Below, piece after piece: positions 9,701 through 23,648 of a DNA stretch of 49,436 nucleotides. The first letter of the stretch is position 1, and each line of letters starts with the position of its first letter. Below the pieces are notes generated by a model. That model did no database searches, was not told the DNA's origin, and saw only the letters and a list, made by a program, of their open reading frames with translations. The translations under genes were made by a program, and so were the position numbers. This DNA comes from Aduncisulcus paluster (Eukaryota). Location: positions 1-49,436 of the forward strand of contig BQXS01010965.1 in the NCBI GenBank assembly GCA_024181965.1, read 5' to 3'.

Positions 9701-12700
9701 TTGCAAGTCCTTGTCTCCCCTTCTAAGAGTCCAAGAAAGATTCGTGATACACCCAGTATAAAACCGAGTAAGTCGTACTCACTCCCCTCTCCAACCATTA
9801 TTTCAATGGATAATGAAGAGAAGACTAAAGCCTCAAAGTTAAAGAAGCAATTAGATAGAGAAGAAGAAGATATTTCTGTCGTGGAGCCTTCCGATGTGAA
9901 AGGATCGTGGAAATCAACAGATCCATCGGCATTTCCTTTCCCTTTTGATTCCATTGATGGATTCAATCCGAAAGATCCTAGTTCCCTGCCATTGCTCTCA
10001 TCTCCTGCTCTCTTGTCGCTGTTTTCATCCTATTCTCATCAACCTTCATCAGCTCTCTCGCCACGTGGTATGCTATTTCGTCAACGACCGGGGTCCAGGC
10101 GGGCACAGTTTAAGCAGAAGGCCCAGATGCGAAGACTTGTTGACAAGATGAAGTATCTTAACGCAATGTACATGATCAATCACAGCCACTATGGGCATCG
10201 AGGCATCGCCAAGGATATCTATGGTCGTCCTCAGAAAAGCAGCGGGCTGAATAATGCTCATAGCCAGTCTCAATTATCCTCAGAAAGCTCCTCTTCTGTT
10301 CATAGTGGATCATCTGGTATTTTTTCAATTTTTGCACAGGGCTTGGCTCCAGGTTATAAACCTTTTAGCAATTATTCTAATCCCAATGCTGCTGAAAGAA
10401 GTAGAATGGACGTTTTGAATGGACCAAGACACGACATTAGAGGTTCACAGCGGAGTGCTGAGGATGAAAGCTTCGAAATGGTTGGATCCAGCGGTAAAGA
10501 TAGTTCAAGCGAACTGAAACGAAAGAGCACGCCTGGTGGGATGTATGGAAGACACTCGAGCGGCGCTTTCCCACTTTCACATCAACCTTCTCTTCTCTCC
10601 CAATCTGAGGAAGGGTCATCAACCAATGAACAAGAACCCGACTGGATGCTGAATGGGATGCATGTTCCCAAAGATCTTGTCAAGGGGTTGTCTCTTGATT
10701 GGAAACAAGATGATTTCGAGTTTTTACTGCTCCCTTCTCACCCACATATGCGTGTTAGAGAAAGCAAAATGCCTTTGTGGGCTCGTGTTGCCCTTGCTAA
10801 TCGAGACAAGGATCCTGACGCTGCTCTTGACGCTGATTTTGAATCCTTAGCTTCTGCAGCCGCTCTTCAAGGTGATATTAATGCCGAAAGTGAGAAACTT
10901 TTCCACCAATTTCGTTCATTAATGGTTAGGATGGGATCCAGAGCTGATGTTCCCGATGATTATTATGATACAAGTGCCTCTGGAAGTGAAAGGATGGGAG
11001 ATGGGAAGAGAACAATGACAAAGCACAAGAGCAAAGGTTGGGTTGGTCGATTCGGAGGATGGGGAGGAAGAGAAGAAGAGTGGAGAATGAAATGGCGTTC
11101 TATGTTACAGCAATCGATCGTTGAAGGCAAGATTGATCCAACCAAGATTACAGATCTTATGAAACAGATGAGACGAGAGGAAAGTGAACTTCGTCTCCAA
11201 AGGAAACTCTCTCAGAAACGTTTAAGAGGCGGGGAACAAACAGGATCGGGAGATGACTCTGATCAAATTGATGAATATGATTTGGATATTGAGGGTCTCT
11301 CTGAGGATGACGGTCAACCCATTGTCACCCCGCGTAAAGGTGTGTCATTCGCAATGTTTGATGTTGTCCATCGATACACACCTCCCCCAGGATCTGTGAT
11401 GTCCTCTCTTGACTCTGATGTTTCTCTTAGTGACCCTAGTTCGATCAGTGATGATCTCTCTGCTGAGGGTGGATATAGTGATGAAGATTATGGGAATCAG
11501 GTGGACAAGGATTTGATTGCTAAGTATTCACAAATGGTTGATTTGAATGATCTCTTGAATGATGATGAAACCAAATTCTTCAATCTTAAAGGCGATGATG
11601 AATTGGCCGTGTCTCCTCCTCGATTCTCCGATGAAGAGGACAGGATGAGTTATAGCGATCCTCTGAGTTGTATAGGAGGGTGTGGAAGTGAGGACGAAGA
11701 AGATGATGAGCTGTGGCAGAAACAGAAAGAGATCCAGCGCCAACTTCGGGAGGAAATGTACCGTGCAACCGCCGATATGATCGAAGGATGGGAACCACCC
11801 TCAGATCGACGAGATATAAAGAAGATCGATAACAATCTCATTAGCAACTCTGAACATTCCTATGACTCTTATGACGAATATGGATCAAGCGATGTTCCTT
11901 CGCATCAGAACATCGGTAATGATATCAAGAATCATCCGAGTCCCATTTCTTCCCCTAAAAAGCATCGTCATGAGTCCAACCACAGAAAACCTTCATCAAA
12001 AAACGAATCAGCGAGTCAGGCAGACTCAAATATTGGATCTTCACATGAAGAATCTGATGTATCATGCTCAAACGAAGAATCCCACTCTAAGATTGAGGAC
12101 CGTGGTATTAAATCGGATAGAAAGCCAAAGATTACTGAAGATCGGGCTGATGATCAATCTGAATATGAATATTATTCCGAAGAAGAAGACTCAAGTTTTG
12201 ACAGAGACCACGGGAAAAGAAGATACATTCGACCTGGTGATGAGGAATGGGAGAGTATTGACGAGGAAACTCTTGAATTATTGGAAGAAAGCGAGGAAAT
12301 ATTCGAAAGTGGGACGAATAGCGATGAGTTTTCATTCACATCCATTGATCGTAGTAGTCCTTCACGGTCAGATGAAAGTATGGTATCAAGGATGCTGAGG
12401 ATTCAGAGGAATAATATTCGTCGGAAGGAAAGAGGGAGTAGTGACAGTTTTGCCATGGATAATTCAGACAACAAGTNNNNNNNNNNNNNNNNNNNNCGAA
12501 GAAGAAGACTCAAGTTTTGACAGAGACCACGGGAAAAGAAGATACATTCGACCTGGTGATGAGGAATGGGAGAGTATTGACGAGGAAACTCTTGAATTAT
12601 TGGAAGAAAGCGAGGAAATATTCGAAAGTGGGACGAATAGCGATGAGTTTTCATTCACATCCATTGATCGTAGTAGTCCTTCACGGTCAGATGAAAGTAT

Positions 12701-15700
12701 GGTATCAAGGATGCTGAGGATTCAGAGGAATAATATTCGTCGGAAGGAAAGAGGGAGTAGTGACAGTTTTGCCATGGATAATTCAGACAACAAGTTCTCA
12801 TCGAGAGACGATGATCTTCTTGCAGATCTAGATGAAGAAATTAGAATGAGAGCGAATGGAGAGCTTGTTAGCGATGAAGAATCTTCATCTCCTGTTCGAT
12901 TCCTCTCAAAAACTCAGATCGGACCAGATACAGGTCTGATTGGAATGTTCGAGAATAGTCTGAGTGAAAAAGATGAGATTAGATTCTATAATCGTTCAGT
13001 TTCTCCACGGCCTGGCTCTGAAGATCCCCCTACTGGATCCTCTGATGGATTTATGTTGTCTGAGAAGTCAGATCTGCCATCTTTTCCTGATTTATATGAT
13101 CCCAATGCTCCCAGACCTGCATCCCCTGGAACCCGCTCTAAGCAACGATTTGAGGAGATTCAAAGGATGAAGGATGAGAAATACGAGCTCATGCGTGACG
13201 TGTGTGAGTTTTCAAGTATTCCAGAATCGCAATTGGGAGAGATTCAATTTTACAATCTGGATATCTCTGATCCCTACTCTGATGAAATGTCCTTGCTTCC
13301 CGGATCAATGACTGGTTCTGATATTTATAGTAACCACAATTGTCTCGACCTCGAGCTGTCAGATCCTCCTCCCTGGGTTGGAGAAGGGAGTGAGTACGAC
13401 TTACTCTCTTTCTCTGATGATGAAGGGAGTTCTGCCCGAGAGAGGGATATTGAACGTCAGACAGCTCTGGGGCATCTCATTCAAGGTGATGCCAAGCCAT
13501 CGAGAAGTTCCAAGAACTTATTGAAGACCTTACTTGGACAGAGTGACGATGATGATGATAAGAATGACTCAGATGTTAGTAGTTCGACAGCTAGAAGATC
13601 GAAGCAGGATTCAGTCCTTGATACTGATAAAGATGCTGACCTTTTACACCAATATAACGATTTATTTGATCGGAATGATGAACTATCCTCAGAATATGAA
13701 TACGAATATGAAGAAATAACAGCGAGTGTGAGTGAAATGGGGAACAAATCGCCCACTCAAAATAACTCTGACGCAGATGAAAGTCCTGTGAGAAAACATC
13801 GAAGAAAACATAAGACAAGAAGAAAGAAACGGGTCAAAAACAAAGCAAAGAGCAAGGAAAAGGCTGCTAAATCTAAATCCATGATTCCTCCGCTGCCGAA
13901 ATGGCTTGTATTAATCATTGTTAAGGGGAAAAGGAAGATAGAATCTAAGAAATGGAGGGGAGTGAGCCAGGAGAAATGGCACAAGTTCGTTGGTTGGAGA
14001 AGGGAGTGAGTACGACTTACTCTCTTTCTCTGATGATGAAGGGAGTTCTGCCCGAGAGAGGGATATTGAACGTCAGACAGCTCTGGGGCATCTCATTCAA
14101 GGTGATGCCAAGCCATCGAGAAGTTCCAAGAACTTATTGAAGACCTTACTTGGACAGAGTGACGATGATGATGATAAGAATGACTCAGATGTTAGTAGTT
14201 CGACAGCTAGAAGATCGAAGCAGGATTCAGTCCTTGATACTGATAAAGATGCTGACCTTTTACACCAATATAACGATTTATTTGATCGGAATGATGAACT
14301 ATCCTCAGAATATGAATACGAATATGAAGAAATAACAGCGAGTGTGAGTGAAATGGGGAACAAATCGCCCACTCAAAATAACTCTGACGCAGATGAAAGT
14401 CCTGTGAGAAAACATCGAAGAAAACATAAGACAAGAAGAAAGAAACGGGTCAAAAACAAAGCAAAGAGCAAGGAAAAGGCTGCTAAATCTAAATCCATGA
14501 TTCCTCCGCTGCCGAAATGGCTTGTATTAATCATTGTTAAGGGGAAAAGGAAGATAGAATCTAAGAAATGGAGGGGAGTGAGCCAGGAGAAATGGCACAA
14601 GTTCGTTGTTCGTAAATCTGGAAGGAGCTGGAGTATCAACTCGAGGAATAGAAAGGTTCGAGAAGAGAAACGGTGGAGAAAAATTGAAGAAAACAAGAAA
14701 ACAAGAGATGAAAATCCAGATATGGTTGTTTCTGGCATCGAATTACTTGGAGGAAAAGGATTTCCATCCATTGTTCCAATAGATTCTTCTCTCTGCGGGT
14801 TGATTTCTCGGTTTAACAGGTATAAATTGCAACAAAAAACGAATCAAATTGAGATGGATTTTATACCTGACAACAAAAAACTTGTGAACAAACATCAAGC
14901 AAAAATTATGTCTCGTCTCGAACAATTTTCTTTGTCTGGATGTGATTCTGTTCATGACGAAGATCCAATGGTTGCTAACATCCCTTGTTTATTCCCGACT
15001 GTGTTCACAACTCATTCGGTTCCCCTCGGATCCAGGGTTCCATCCGCAATCAAACGTCTCCTTAATGATAATTCCTCGCTTCCTTCCGTGTTTGTGTCTC
15101 CATTCACAACATTTAGATTGGAGCCCCTGTTATTTCATGCACACACTCTTGAACCACCGTCATATCTCACGAGGACTCAGTACCACGAATATAAGAAAAT
15201 GGAAAACGATGGGTTCAGTGTAATGACGGTTGGAGAACGGCGAGAGTTGAAGAAGGGAACTGTCACGGGATTGGGTGGAATTGATCCAAAGCCTTCGACT
15301 GCTGCTGTGTCAAGGAAGTCATCTAAGTGGAATGCCTTCCGCCAAGGTCTTGGAACCAGTGGTAATTCAAGTTTTGATAGTGATAACATGCCAAGCAGTC
15401 GGTCTACCATTACGTCACGATCTTCCACAAGCAGGGCTGGATTGGAGCCCTCAACATCCAAGTCCAGTGCCTCCTCCCTACTTCGCATAGTGGAGACTCC
15501 GTCTTCCATCTCTCACATATTTGATCACCACTCTTTCTTGGATAATAATGTGCTTCGGTTGGGAAGAGTAACGAGGAAATGTCTCAGTCTGGATATTGGT
15601 AGTGATCATATATCTTCTGATAGCTTACTTCAACACTCTCCAGTCTTTTTCAATGGCATTGGTGTTGATGGAACATTGGATGAATCTGGTCACAATGTTG

Positions 15701-18700
15701 CTGGTCGTGAAAGAGTTCCTCTGGGGTCACGGATGCACTCAAGAAGAGGAAGCGATGGTGGAATATTCTGCCAGTTTCTTGTTGAGCAGGTCATCTTTGA
15801 GGAGAGAGAGAGAAAAGAGCGAAAACAAGAGAAAGTACTTGGGATGAACGCAGTGCCAATGAACAATGGGTATGAACATGAAGAGAAAGAACCTAATGAC
15901 CAATTGACATCATTTCAGAAGATTCCAGAACCTTTTCTTTCAAGCGAAGAACTTGACAAGAATCTCCTGCCTCTCCCTGTCGTTGCGTCGTATCCATTGG
16001 ACACTTTATTTGGAATCCTTGCCGATCACTCTCACGATGAAAAAGACGAAGACAGCGATGAGACTTCAACCACAAGTGTTACAATGTCTCAGGAGGTCCA
16101 TCTTGCCGCGCCAAGTTACAATGCCCATTCCTTCCAGGATCAGGACAACCCATTGTCAAGCAGGGATGAAAAATCTTTACGAGCAGTTATCTCTTCTGCG
16201 AGACCCTCGGGTGTGGATGATCTTCCGACTCAAAACGCAGGACAAGTTCCTCTTGCTCCGATTTTAAAGCTCCGTCTGGAACTTACCTTGATGTACGACG
16301 AACATATCTTTGATGAAGTTATCGCAAAGAAAGTGTTTAAGGTTATCGCAAAGAATCCAGGTCCCCCTGTCAAGAAGAACTTGCCCATAACAGGCAGAGG
16401 GGTGACTTTTGTGAAGGATAGGAGTAGTACATCCAGACCGCAAATCATTGAAAAAGAGGAGCTTTGGACACATGTCATTAATTTGTCATTCTATCGTATT
16501 GTTCAAGAGCGATCTAATCCCATTTCTAATTATATTCCATTTATTCCCCTTCGAAACCGAAATCAAAATGGATCTTCTGATTCAATGGATCCCTCAAGAC
16601 GTCGTTCTTCTGTTTCAAGGCCTTCCAATGATTTATTCTCAAAATTATCCGAAAATAGAATCGGTATTGAAGAACCTATTCTCGTTTGCGTTGGTGATTT
16701 CTCCGACTCCCCTCCTTCACCTGCTTCCTTTCCCTGTATTCCCCATGTGTGTCGTATTGAGCGAGGTCAGATTGGATTTGTGGACATGATTGCAAGGGAA
16801 ACATGGATGAGTGATCCAGGTATTTGTCTTATGAATCCCCTCAAGGAAATTGTGAGTGAAGTTGTGAACAATGTTCTGGTCAAAAGGAAACGAAAGAAGG
16901 CTGAATTGGAAGATATTGGGATCCCTGATGGTCCGAATGCTCCTCTTGTATTAATTGAGGAAGAAAAAGACATGGAAAGTATTTCAGAGGAAGAAACGAA
17001 GAAATCAGTTGATCATGACTCGAATAATAGGGATATAAATGAGGATAAAATGGACTCTAAGAGAGATGGAACTACGTCCAAGGTTCATTCATTCAACTTA
17101 TCTATTCCTGTTCCTTCCTCTTCCCATCTTATCGCAGAAAGAAATATGTCGGCCAGGAAAGAGGGTCATCGAACAACATCTCGGGCTGCATTCAAACGAA
17201 TCATTGGATTCCCTGTTGATGACATTCAGGCCTCATCCAGCGATAATATTCGTTCTGTGTCAGAGGTTGTGAAACAAATGTTACGGTCACCTGAAGAACT
17301 CGACGCAAATTCCGTTGAATCGTACTTGGAATTTACTTCTTCAGAACACATGCAAATGTTAATTTCTCTGATCGAAAAGCTCCAAGGAATGACCTGGAGA
17401 GATGTGTGGGCCATTGGTCAACAGGTAGAACAACAAACTTCTCAGAAAGGGATTAAAAGGACTGATATTTCAAGATCAGCAAGAACAAAGTCTGGATCAT
17501 CCCAATTGCAGAGGGATTTCAGTAAGTTCCAGGAATGGGAGAAAATGAGTGAGGGAATACTGGTTCTTCCGCCTCAAATATCTTTGTCTGGACAGCCTGA
17601 AGCTCCTTTATTCCTCCTCCAGGTCACATTTTTACTGTTTCTCTCCAAATTCGTGGAAGCTCAGTATTCATTGCCAAACCGAGGAATGTTCCTGTTTGAA
17701 GATTCTAAATTTAGCTCATCTTTCTCCTCTATTTATAGTTTGGATTCATCAATTCCATTTAATGGACCATTATTGCTTGGAATGCCCTCTCTTGAGACGA
17801 TCAATGCATCCACATCTAAACTAATATTATCTCAAATTCGTGTTGAAAGTGTTGTGAGTTCCTTTAGAAAGAAGCTTGAGGAACAAGCCAGGCGATTTGA
17901 GGTAGAACGTCTTCGTGCGCGATCGAGATATTTACTCTCTAAATGTGGATATCTCAATGATAAAGAATTTGGATATCTCATGACAAGTTATAAATGGATG
18001 ATTCGTAGCGTATTTAGTACCATTTCTTTGAGGAAACATCTATTCTTATCCCAAGAAAGAGAGATTCAATTACAACAAAAGGCTCAAAAGGAAGGGCATG
18101 TTTTACCTCAAATCTTCTCTCAGCGTTCAGTTGATAAACTCTCGCTTCAAATTGCTGCACTATGGCAACTCCCATCCTTTTTGTTTATCTGTGAATGCAT
18201 CACTGGAAATGGAAGGAGTGGAAATGGAGGAAGTATTCCAGACACCTCTGAGCTGAAGAAGAAGAGGAACGAGGAATGGAGAATCCAAATGGCATTCGAT
18301 GCAAAGCATGGCAGTGCTAGAAAAGACACTGACAAAATTCCACCCCAATCCCTTGCCTCTCCATCAGGTCTGCCAGATAGAAGGGCTTCTGAAGCTGATA
18401 TTGTCTCCTTGCAGGAAAGCACGCCGAGGACACTCTGCAAGACTCTACGAGAGAAGGAAATCGATCGTATTACTGCTCGAATGGGATGTTTGTTGACAAT
18501 CCAGAACGATTATCTCACTTCACAAGCGGAAGTACCTTTGGCGAGTTCACTTGCTTCATTCTCACCCTCTTCAATTCCAATCCATACTTCGCATGCCCTC
18601 ACTTTCCTTGGACTTGTCGTGCGTGGGGCAAGACAGTTCGGTGAGAGGGGTACGATTAGTCCTCTTGACCTTGCAGTTGCCAACGGATATACTGTGCCTC

Positions 18701-21700
18701 AGGACCACCAAGAAATGGACGCAAAGAAAAGGAAAGAGGCAAAGAAACGTCGCAAAGAGCGTAAAAAAATTCTCAAGATGAAGAATGGCCCTAAATCATC
18801 CTCTTCAAAACCGACAACCAAGAAAGAATTTAGTTGCCCTGTCAATCCTTCAATAGATTCATATGTATTGACTGTTATCACTGAAGATGACTCTCAAGAT
18901 GATGGTGAGGGAACTAAGACGGCGGAGAAAGGAGAAACGTCAAAAGGGGAGGATTCTGATAAACATTCCGAGGAAGATGAAGAGGAAGAGGAAGAGGAAG
19001 AAGAGGATGAGATCAACCAAGATCTTATTTCAGAAGACAAGAACAATTCTGATGATTTAATTGATAATATTAATTCTCCATTGGAATCAGAGTCTTCTGA
19101 TTTTGTTGATAAGACAAAGAAAAAACCCCGTGTACCAACCATTCCTCTCCCTCCTTCACTTCCCTTGGGTTCCGTTCGACCAAGAGCAATGTCTGTTCTC
19201 ATCCAGGGCTCTATCTCGAAACGAACTACCCCTTCTCAGAATTTATTCCCGTCCGAGAAATATAAATATTCACCTCCACCTCCTCCAAAACACCATCTTT
19301 TATCCTCATCTTATATGTCACTTGTCAAGCGAACTCATGATTTGATGTTATGTGAGCTTGAACTTCGAATATTCCTTGCCAAAGTATTGGCTGAGAATGT
19401 CCGTCAACACATACATAAGGCCCCTGCAGATCTTGAGTATGTTCCAATCGAGGACGATAAGGAAAATGACCTGGTGAAGCCCTCGGATCAACAAAGCCAT
19501 AAACCTCTTTCTAAGGAACTTGTAAATGCGTTGGAGACCAAGAAATCGAGGAAGAGCAAACGCCGTATTTCTTGGAAATTCTCTGGAACTGTGAACCGTC
19601 AAAGTCGTTCACATTCGAGGTCGGGGTCAGTAACCTCTGTAACGAGCGACACTAATGAACCTAAACCAAAAATGACTCCTGTTTATTCCTCCATCGATTT
19701 CATCTTTCCCAAGACTTTACCCTCGATGGAAGAGAATTTCGTAGAGTTCTGTGTGTCCAAGATATCTGAAAACCAGCATCGGCAGTTGTATTACCTTCCC
19801 TTTCGGTACGGGACCTCCATCACAGGTACCATGAACATGTCCACGATGGAACATGAGGAAATTGATGAATTGGATGATATTTATAACGAAGAGAAGTATG
19901 ATAAGGAAAAGAAACGTTTCCAGGGTAAGAATATGGTTGAACTGGAGGAAGAAATTGCATGGGCTGCATGGGAGGAGAAGAAAAGGAAGAGATCTGAACG
20001 ACTCTCTGCAAGAAAAAGGAGGAAAAGCGTCGACAGTTCCCCAAGATCTCCTCATTCACCAAGTAGCAGTAGCAACAGTAACATTCCTCTTTCTCCTTCG
20101 ATCAGCCCTGCTCAAGTTGATGACCTTCCTCATATTCCCTTGTTGGTGCAGACATCTCCTCAAGGGGTTGAAGAGATTGCTCCTCTTCCTCTTGCTGCAG
20201 AGTTTGATGATGGATTGGGCGATGATCCGATGTTAACTCCACCCTCGAAGATCCCATCAATTTCTACACTGCCATTTGATGTTCAACAAAAAAGAATCAT
20301 CGGTGACGCCATGGCCAACGGCAGGATGGGTGCTTTTAGTGCTTATCTGGATGATTTTAGACTTCATCACAGTTCTATTCTGTTAAATAAGATAATTCTT
20401 GAAGAAATGAGGGCCGAGGAAAGGAAAGCTGAGGAAGAGATGGAGTTAAAAATTCTACAAAGTGTGACTAAGGCTGCTAAAGTTGGAATTAATCCCCTTT
20501 TAATCTCTCAAGGTCTTTTTGTCACCCAGGGAATTGATATCACAGATATTGAAAAGGAGCAAACAACCTCCATTGATGATCTTAACCTTGGGGGCTACAG
20601 CCTTGTGATATCTGATTCCCCTGTGGAAATGGGAGAGGAGAATGAAGAACCCGAAACTCCACGAAACACAAATCCCAAATCCTCTGAAATTACCGTGTTA
20701 TCCGAGTTTACTCCGAATGTGAGTGCTCTTCTTCATGATATTTCGACCAATCCCCTTGATGATACATTGACTGATGGCACCCCCTGTCACTCAAGGACTG
20801 TGTTTGGAACAGAAGAATCATTCTTCTCCGGTAAGACAGAAAGAGATGTTGATGAATTGAGTCTTTTAGCTACTCCCATTGTTTTGAGTGCTGGAGGAAT
20901 CTTGTCTGGTGTTGGGACTGAATGTAGAGCTAATCGGAAGGCATTCAAGGATGTTGATGAGTTTGTTGCAAAGGCATCCGATAGTGGATATCGACTCGAT
21001 CCATCCCATCCACTGTTCCACAATGATGGCCATGTCTTTGTGAAGCTTGAACAAGCAGAATTGCAACGTAAAAGGCAAGAAGAGGAGAGATTATTGTTGG
21101 AATTGGAAGCTCAGAAAGAGAAAGATCGCTTCAAGCAATCTCTTCAACTCTCTTCGGCTTCACTTTCATCAATTGAACTTCCAATTTCAAGAGATATCCT
21201 ATCTGCTCGGGTTGTATCTAAATCAAAGAATATCGGTGATAAAAACTCCCTTATCTCGATGTCGGCTTCATTAGCTATAAAAAGCAGTCGAGGTCCATCA
21301 GAATCGGTCAAAAGCACTCCTCGACTTGATTTAACATCTACAACTCCCGTCCGAGTCAAGGCTAGAACCTCTTCTTCATCGAAATTTATTAATGGATTGA
21401 GTGGAGAAAAGGTATCTGTTCATCGGGGTACATTTGGGGAGAGAACCACGCCTCTCAGAGGACTTTCTATGAAGGATTTACTTGATCCCATCACTCCATC
21501 CAAACCGATTGGTTCAGAAAAGACGGATAATGCAATAATTTCAGATGGAATCGATCATAAGACTCCCAAGGTGCTTGATAATGGTACAGATCAGTCTATT
21601 TCTGGTCACAAGAGTCCAAGAGATGATGCGATTGATTCCGGATCTTTTGTAACTCAACCTTCGTTCGGTTTTTCACTCCGAACATCGAAACGATCTCATG

Positions 21701-22200
21701 CCCGTAAACTTCAGTCGTTACGTTCGAGAACTCAATCAATCCGTAATCAAGTTGGTAGATTTGGGAGAAAAGTCAGAGAGATGAGCGATGTGATTGGCGG
21801 AGATCCCATGTCAAGAAAAAGCTCAACGATAGAGAAACCATCAATTGCAAAACATGGGCGTTCTTCTTCTGCATTATCCACATCGTCTTCAGTGTCTGAA
21901 GCAAGCAAGAGGGCAAAAAGTAAGTTAGAACTCGGACCAAAAAAACAAATGGCTGCAATCGAAGATGGTATTCGAAAGAAACTCACACAGGATCCTTTGC
22001 AAGGGAGATATCAGTATTTATTGGATAACAAGGATCGAAGCTCCATTATTTTGGCTGGAAGTACACGTCAAGATGGTGTGCATAGTAGTTTGGCGACGTA
22101 TAAAAGAGAAAAAGCTCCCAGTATTGATGCTCTTGGAATGTCTAGGCGAACCAAGCCTAGCGGACCTCCTGGATTGTTGCTACGAAGTCCCGTGAAATAG
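6749..22200 (+). CDS. Giant hypothetical protein (~4,838 aa after collapsing two duplications); N-terminal beta-propeller-like region, then long Ser/acidic/coiled-coil tracts
   Basis: The ORFs 6734-12520, 12441-14009 and 13990-22200 join into one frame when 319 nt (gap plus duplicate) and 616 nt (tandem duplicate) are removed: 15452-935=14517 nt = 4839 codons. WD40-like LIFGLSNG, LLIGYSSG and VVIGHTNG motifs occur in the first ~500 aa. Confidence 0.75.
12178..12795. repeat. 299-bp direct duplication flanking 20-N gap (unmerged contig overlap)
   Basis: 12178-12476 is repeated at 12497-12795 around Ns at 12477-12496. Confidence 0.9.
13377..14608. repeat. 616-bp exact-looking tandem duplication causing a frameshift in the giant ORF
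   Basis: 13377-13992 is repeated at 13993-14608. The ORF track shows identical peptides offset by 616 nt. Confidence 0.9.
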
Positions 22201-22436
22201 AGATTCATTAATGGAAATTTTGATATTTTCTTAGAATAAAGTTGAATATATTGATTTTGGTTGTGATCTATGCCTTTATATTACCGCTATTATGAGATTA
22301 TTATTGATTTAAAAGATTAAATTTCCTTATTTGAGTCAATATACCGACGGGATTATGAAATTAGGTTTTGATTCCAATTAAAAACATATCACAGATTTTA
22401 TTACTCTTATATCCTTTCATATCGATAAATATTTTA

Positions 22437-23438
22437 ATGATACTCCATACTTTAAAAGATTTGACTCCCTTCCAATTCATTTCGGAAGCCAATGACCTTG
22501 TAGACATGATACCTTTTCGTTCTTCAACAACCAAATTTTCTTCCAAAGCAATTAAGGAGGAAGATGTAAAATCTATCTGTCAATTTATTGTAAATTGCCC
22601 TTTTCATGATATGTATGCTATTTTGCTTCGAACGAAAGGTGCTGATATATTTACTGACAAAAAGATTCAAAAAAGTGTGTGGATTAAGGATTCTGCTGAA
22701 ACAATTGTTATTCTTGTTGGTAAACGACATTCTCCCAATTTTATTGCTTCTTGTGGTCTTTTCGGTGAAATGTTATTTTTATACATAGCTAATTTGGGAT
22801 TATCGACGTGTTACACTATTAGTACGAAATTTGATCTTTTATCTGTTCAAAGAGCCCTATATATGTTTAATAGCGATGAAGATATCATTGTGACTTGCAT
22901 GCCTGTAGGATATTCAAGAGATACAGCAGCAGTTGGAAATTTGGATATTAGTTCCTCATCTGCCCCCATTACATTGCGTAGACCAAATCCTCTTGCAGGA
23001 CGGAGGGTACTTGACGATATGCTTCATCCTGATTCTGTTTCTCCCTCTAAATGGGGTTCTCATACAAAATTTCTCCTTATTTTAGCGCGAAAAGCTCCAT
23101 CATATAAGAATTTGCAACCATATTTTTTCAAGGTCTCTCATATGACAGTCCCTCTTTACTCAACAGCTTCTGCCAGGGAAACATATGGGGACGGAATGGA
23201 ACCAATCAGTATTATTGAACTCTATGTTAAATTAGAGCTTCACAAGACATTGGTTAAGAAATCTTCTAAACCTGTTGCAAAAGGATCCGTTCTTCCTGAT
23301 CCAAGACTTGATGCTGGAATTTGTGCAAGTCACATGTTGCTCGGAGCCTGTACATTCCCAGAAGGTGTTCTTAAAGAGATTGAAATGGGTGATGGAATCA
23401 TCGAACCTCTCCTTAGAATTGTTGTTCGCGAAAAATGA
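22437..23438 (+). CDS. Nitroreductase-family flavoprotein (two-domain, TM1586-like)
   Basis: N-terminal I..RSS..KF....I FMN-binding motif, G..GE...L....LGLSTC, then ARKAPS..N.QP..F and LDAGI...H in the second half. First ATG is at 22437. Confidence 0.75.
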   Translation: MILHTLKDLTPFQFISEANDLVDMIPFRSSTTKFSSKAIKEEDVKSICQFIVNCPFHDMYAILLRTKGADIFTDKKIQKSVWIKDSAETIVILVGKRHSPNFIASCGLFGEMLFLYIANLGLSTCYTISTKFDLLSVQRALYMFNSDEDIIVTCMPVGYSRDTAAVGNLDISSSSAPITLRRPNPLAGRRVLDDMLHPDSVSPSKWGSHTKFLLILARKAPSYKNLQPYFFKVSHMTVPLYSTASARETYGDGMEPISIIELYVKLELHKTLVKKSSKPVAKGSVLPDPRLDAGICASHMLLGACTFPEGVLKEIEMGDGIIEPLLRIVVREK

Positions 23439-23648
23439 TGACTCATCATTTCAGAAGATTATTTGTTTAATAAACATACAATTACCTTCATTTAATTCCA
23501 TTAATTGATGTAATCACATGTTTTTAAGCTGTATCACAACATTTATTTTAAAAATCTGTGATTTCTCTGCAATCAGGAATATTTGGACATCTTTTTTGGG
23601 TGTTATTGTGTTAATTCCAAGTGTTTATTATTTTATCATTGTTATTTA

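Noticed and set aside
18970-19012. GAA/GAG purine runs (also ~48840-48880) as regulatory repeats
   Set aside because: They encode poly-Glu tracts within CDSs.
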